Source of the DNA: Escherichia phage vB_EcoP_PE007
DNA: 64,000 nucleotides
Reading direction: 5' to 3' (one strand)
Sequence record: OQ938542.1
A program made the translations under genes and the position numbers. Positions 61,567-64,000 of this stretch are shown in pieces. Below the pieces are notes generated by a model. The model saw only the letters and a program-made list of their open reading frames with translations. It did no database searches and was not told the DNA's origin. Position 1 is the stretch's first letter, and each line of letters begins with the position of its first letter.

Positions 61567-61714
61567 TTAGTCATGCCGCCTAGTAGACAGTGGCGGTACT
61601 CGTAAAGAGTTAATAACTTCTACAGTCAGGGTTGCCCGGCTCCTTTCCTACCTAGTAGGCTAACGATACACATGTATCTAGGGTGATGAACTGACCCGTG
61701 ATAGAAAACGGTAA

Positions 61715-61750
61715 GGGGTAGAGTCGAGAGGCTCTACCCCATTTCTTTTT
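61715..61750 (+). terminator. rho-independent terminator
   Basis: ggggtagag-tcgagagg-ctctacccc followed by atttcttttt. Confidence 0.65.
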
Positions 61751-61766
61751 CAGGAGGTATGCAAAT

Positions 61767-62156
61767 ATGAGCATCTACTGTTTTGATATTGATATTACCG
61801 GAGTACTACTTAAACAGGAACCTTATTACCTTGGGGAACCAGAAGTAGTAAGTAAGTTCATTACCCCGTGGCAAACAGTATTCTTACCTGACTGCGAAGA
61901 GTCCCATGAGGTTATTGGTTCTCTTTTCCTATCCAACCTGCAACTCAATACTAAGATACTTACTGAACCAAAGGTGTATGATCTTTCCTTTTACAGCGAC
62001 TTTCAAATGATCTTCCCTGGTGTACGTTTCTATAAGATAGATGGTTGGGAATTGATAGCTGACCATAATGTTTTTAATAAAACACTTTCCATTTACTTCA
62101 GACCTATTCCTAAAGGAAGGAAAATCAATCATGAAATTCATAATGACCATCCCTAG
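61767..62156 (+). CDS. paralog-family small protein 2
   Basis: ATG with aggagg RBS; motif VFLPDCEESHEVIGSLFLSN. Confidence 0.5.
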   Translation: MSIYCFDIDITGVLLKQEPYYLGEPEVVSKFITPWQTVFLPDCEESHEVIGSLFLSNLQLNTKILTEPKVYDLSFYSDFQMIFPGVRFYKIDGWELIADHNVFNKTLSIYFRPIPKGRKINHEIHNDHP

Positions 62157-62445
62157 TTTTACTGGAAGGGGGGCTATGTATGCAGGAGACTTCACTTTAG
62201 AAGAAGTCATGGACAGCAACCCCCAGCAAGTAATCCTGGTTCCTACTTTAGAGGACTACCATGAGGTAAGGGGTCAACTCTTCTTAGCAGGTAATGACCG
62301 TAAGGTTGTATGTATTGTTCCTCCATCTGTCTATACCAACTTTAACTCCGGGGAACCTATCCCATACATGATGGTGTCTGATGATTACCAATGGGATTGT
62401 CGCTATGAGGATGGTGAATCCCGTTACTACTATGTAAGGAAGTAA
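62131..62445 (+). CDS. paralog-family small protein 3
   Basis: ATG 62131 with aaggaagg RBS; motif ILVPTLEDYHEVRGQLFLAGN. Confidence 0.5.
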   Translation: MKFIMTIPSFTGRGAMYAGDFTLEEVMDSNPQQVILVPTLEDYHEVRGQLFLAGNDRKVVCIVPPSVYTNFNSGEPIPYMMVSDDYQWDCRYEDGESRYYYVRK

Positions 62446-62448
62446 GGT

Positions 62449-62766
62449 ATGCGCTTCTATGGTTTGAGTTATCGTAGTACCAGTCCCCTTAATCTGGGGG
62501 TAGGTAAATCTCACTGGATTAGAATAAGCACGCCTATGACCATGTACTACGAACAATGCGAAAAAGCAGATGAGTTCATCGGAACCTGCCTCATGTTGGG
62601 TGTACCTATTACCTTTATTAAAATAGATACCTCCATTGAAGTTCCAGAGAATGTAGTTGTGTATATCTATTCCTCCAGTGAACCTATGGTAGTTACTACC
62701 CTTACAGGTAGACTTATTACCCTCTATCCTTCTACCTCATATTTATCTAGCGACGAGAGCTGCTAA
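62449..62766 (+). CDS. small protein (possible divergent family member)
   Basis: ATG with aggaag RBS; weak similarity ADEFIGTCLMLG. Confidence 0.4.
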   Translation: MRFYGLSYRSTSPLNLGVGKSHWIRISTPMTMYYEQCEKADEFIGTCLMLGVPITFIKIDTSIEVPENVVVYIYSSSEPMVVTTLTGRLITLYPSTSYLSSDESC

Positions 62767-63050
62767 TGGTTATCAGTAAAATTTATTCAGAAATACCTTG
62801 GGATGAATACATCCACCATAAAAAAGTAGCTAACCTAGATGCTGATATACTTATCCTGGTTCCAGACGAACAGTCCTTGCATGAACTACAAGGATTGCTT
62901 TTCTTACACAATAAGAAAGCAGAAGTACATCTACTTGAACCAGGTACACCAATGTCCTGGCAGGGTAGATTCAGTCCATGGCATCTCAATACAGACAAGT
63001 ACATCCTATCCTTCGAGGATAACACCCCAATCTATAAGGAAAGACAATGA
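62766..63050 (+). CDS. paralog-family small protein 5
   Basis: ATG overlapping upstream stop; motif ILILVPDEQSLHELQGLLFLHN. Confidence 0.5.
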   Translation: MVISKIYSEIPWDEYIHHKKVANLDADILILVPDEQSLHELQGLLFLHNKKAEVHLLEPGTPMSWQGRFSPWHLNTDKYILSFEDNTPIYKERQ

Positions 63051-63089
63051 AACTAAACATCTCCTTCTATCTGGTACAGGTACTGAAGT

Positions 63090-63428
63090 ATGAACGTTAA
63101 GCTATTGGGTATGAGTGGTACAGACTTGCTGTACTACTCCTCTGAACCAGAGAAAGCAATCATTCACACTATGACCTATGGAACCTCAACACTAATAATG
63201 GAACCGGGAGAGTTAGCAGACTTTGCACAAGGGCATAAACTCCTTACTAACAGTAATGCGGAGATAGTTATCCTGCAAAATGGTGAGTCAGTATTCATAC
63301 CATTGGGGGATTATGCTCATGTGTTTATCAAAGATGCTACCGTAAGGAATAGTAGTGGTAATCCTAACCATCCGGACTATTACTCAGGTATAGCTCGTAT
63401 CATCACCAGAGAACTTTCTCCTATTTAA
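63090..63428 (+). CDS. small hypothetical protein
   Basis: ATG ORF at the end of the array; family membership unclear. Confidence 0.4.
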   Translation: MNVKLLGMSGTDLLYYSSEPEKAIIHTMTYGTSTLIMEPGELADFAQGHKLLTNSNAEIVILQNGESVFIPLGDYAHVFIKDATVRNSSGNPNHPDYYSGIARIITRELSPI

Positions 63429-63608
63429 CTGCTTATAAGGATTAACATGTGGTATGTAACAGTCAAGGGCTTACCTGAACCAGTGATAATGCACAGCCTT
63501 GCTTTCGTAGAAGTAGGTGGACCATTACTTGTAAATGGTAAGCTCTATGAGGTTTTAAGTATCAAACGCTATGATGAATAGGGGATAGATAGTTATCCCC
63601 CATAGTAT

Positions 63609-63734
63609 TTACAGATAAGGTAGAACCAGTGACAAGAGTACAATACCTATGAATCCTACAGCACAGGCACAGGCAATAAAGTGTAACCAGTTCTCAGGGT
63701 CTGTAGGATTGTATTTACCCCAACCATCTTTCAT
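63609..63734 (-). CDS. possible 41-aa membrane protein (not in the ORF track)
   Basis: ATG with gaggt RBS; hydrophobic FIACACAVGFIGIVLLSLVL; stop abuts hairpin 63583-63602. Confidence 0.25.
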   Translation of the reverse strand: MKDGWGKYNPTDPENWLHFIACACAVGFIGIVLLSLVLPYL

Positions 63735-63833
63735 GTTAGTACCTCAAAGTTATCTGCTTATAGAGATAGTGCCTATAATATTTTTGCATGTCAAAATTGT
63801 GATAGCTATGTATGACTGTAGTGGTGTGGCTGG

Positions 63834-63889
63834 GGCTACACCCTTACACTCAACTAGCCCCCCCCCCCCGGTATGTTGACGGTGTAGCC
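63834..63889. repeat. C12 homopolymer flanked by a 9-bp inverted repeat
   Basis: ggctacacc at 63834-63842 and ggtgtagcc at 63881-63889 flank a run of 12 C at 63858-63869. Confidence 0.5.
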
Positions 63890-64000
63890 ACTACCCTACC
63901 CCACCTTACACGTTACACATGCTTGACTCACTTCGTTCGTCAGCGATGCTCCGCATGTTATGGACATGTCGTCCTATCATCAACTATTGGAGCTATCATC

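Noticed and set aside
63649-63879. 76-aa + strand ORF running through the poly-C tract
   Set aside because: The reading frame depends on the homopolymer (PPPP) and it overlaps the small minus-strand ORF and the hairpin region; probably spurious.
1-64000. Search for T7-like RNAPII subunits expected in N4-like phages
   Set aside because: No ORF in the window showed a recognisable T7-type catalytic motif; they probably lie outside the window, upstream of the Ig-like gene.
1-64000. Temperate lifestyle or integrated prophage
   Set aside because: No integrase, repressor, att-like repeats or host-like flanking genes; the organisation is that of a lytic phage genome.

Overview
This window reads as most of an N4-like (Schitoviridae-type) lytic podophage genome; all calls are from reading the sequence and recalled family motifs, with no database search run. 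Layout: (1) 1-25.3 kb, + strand, early/middle genes: MoxR-like AAA+ ATPase with a VWA partner, dCTP deaminase-like, ThyX-like, rIIA/rIIB-like pair, Dda-like helicase, family A DNA polymerase, Cas4-like nuclease, primase, SSB-like, RuvC-like resolvase, plus many small ORFs. (2) 25.3-27.1 kb: an ORF-poor, hairpin-dense locus with one good tRNA cloverleaf and one degenerate tRNA-like element. (3) 27.2-28.5 kb: three small + strand genes, one with a possible DUF2829/Tad2-like domain. (4) 28.5-61.1 kb, - strand, late genes: a 3584-aa virion RNA polymerase, virion proteins, major capsid, portal, a lysis cassette with embedded spanins, two tailspike/fibre genes, and terminase. (5) 61.3-63.4 kb, + strand: a tandem array of small paralogous genes. 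(6) The window ends in a non-coding region with a C12 tract flanked by an inverted repeat. No integrase or repressor was seen, and the T7-like RNAPII subunits expected in N4-like phages are not in the window. The most interesting candidates are the tRNA/structured-RNA locus, the Tad2-like gene and the right-end paralog array.
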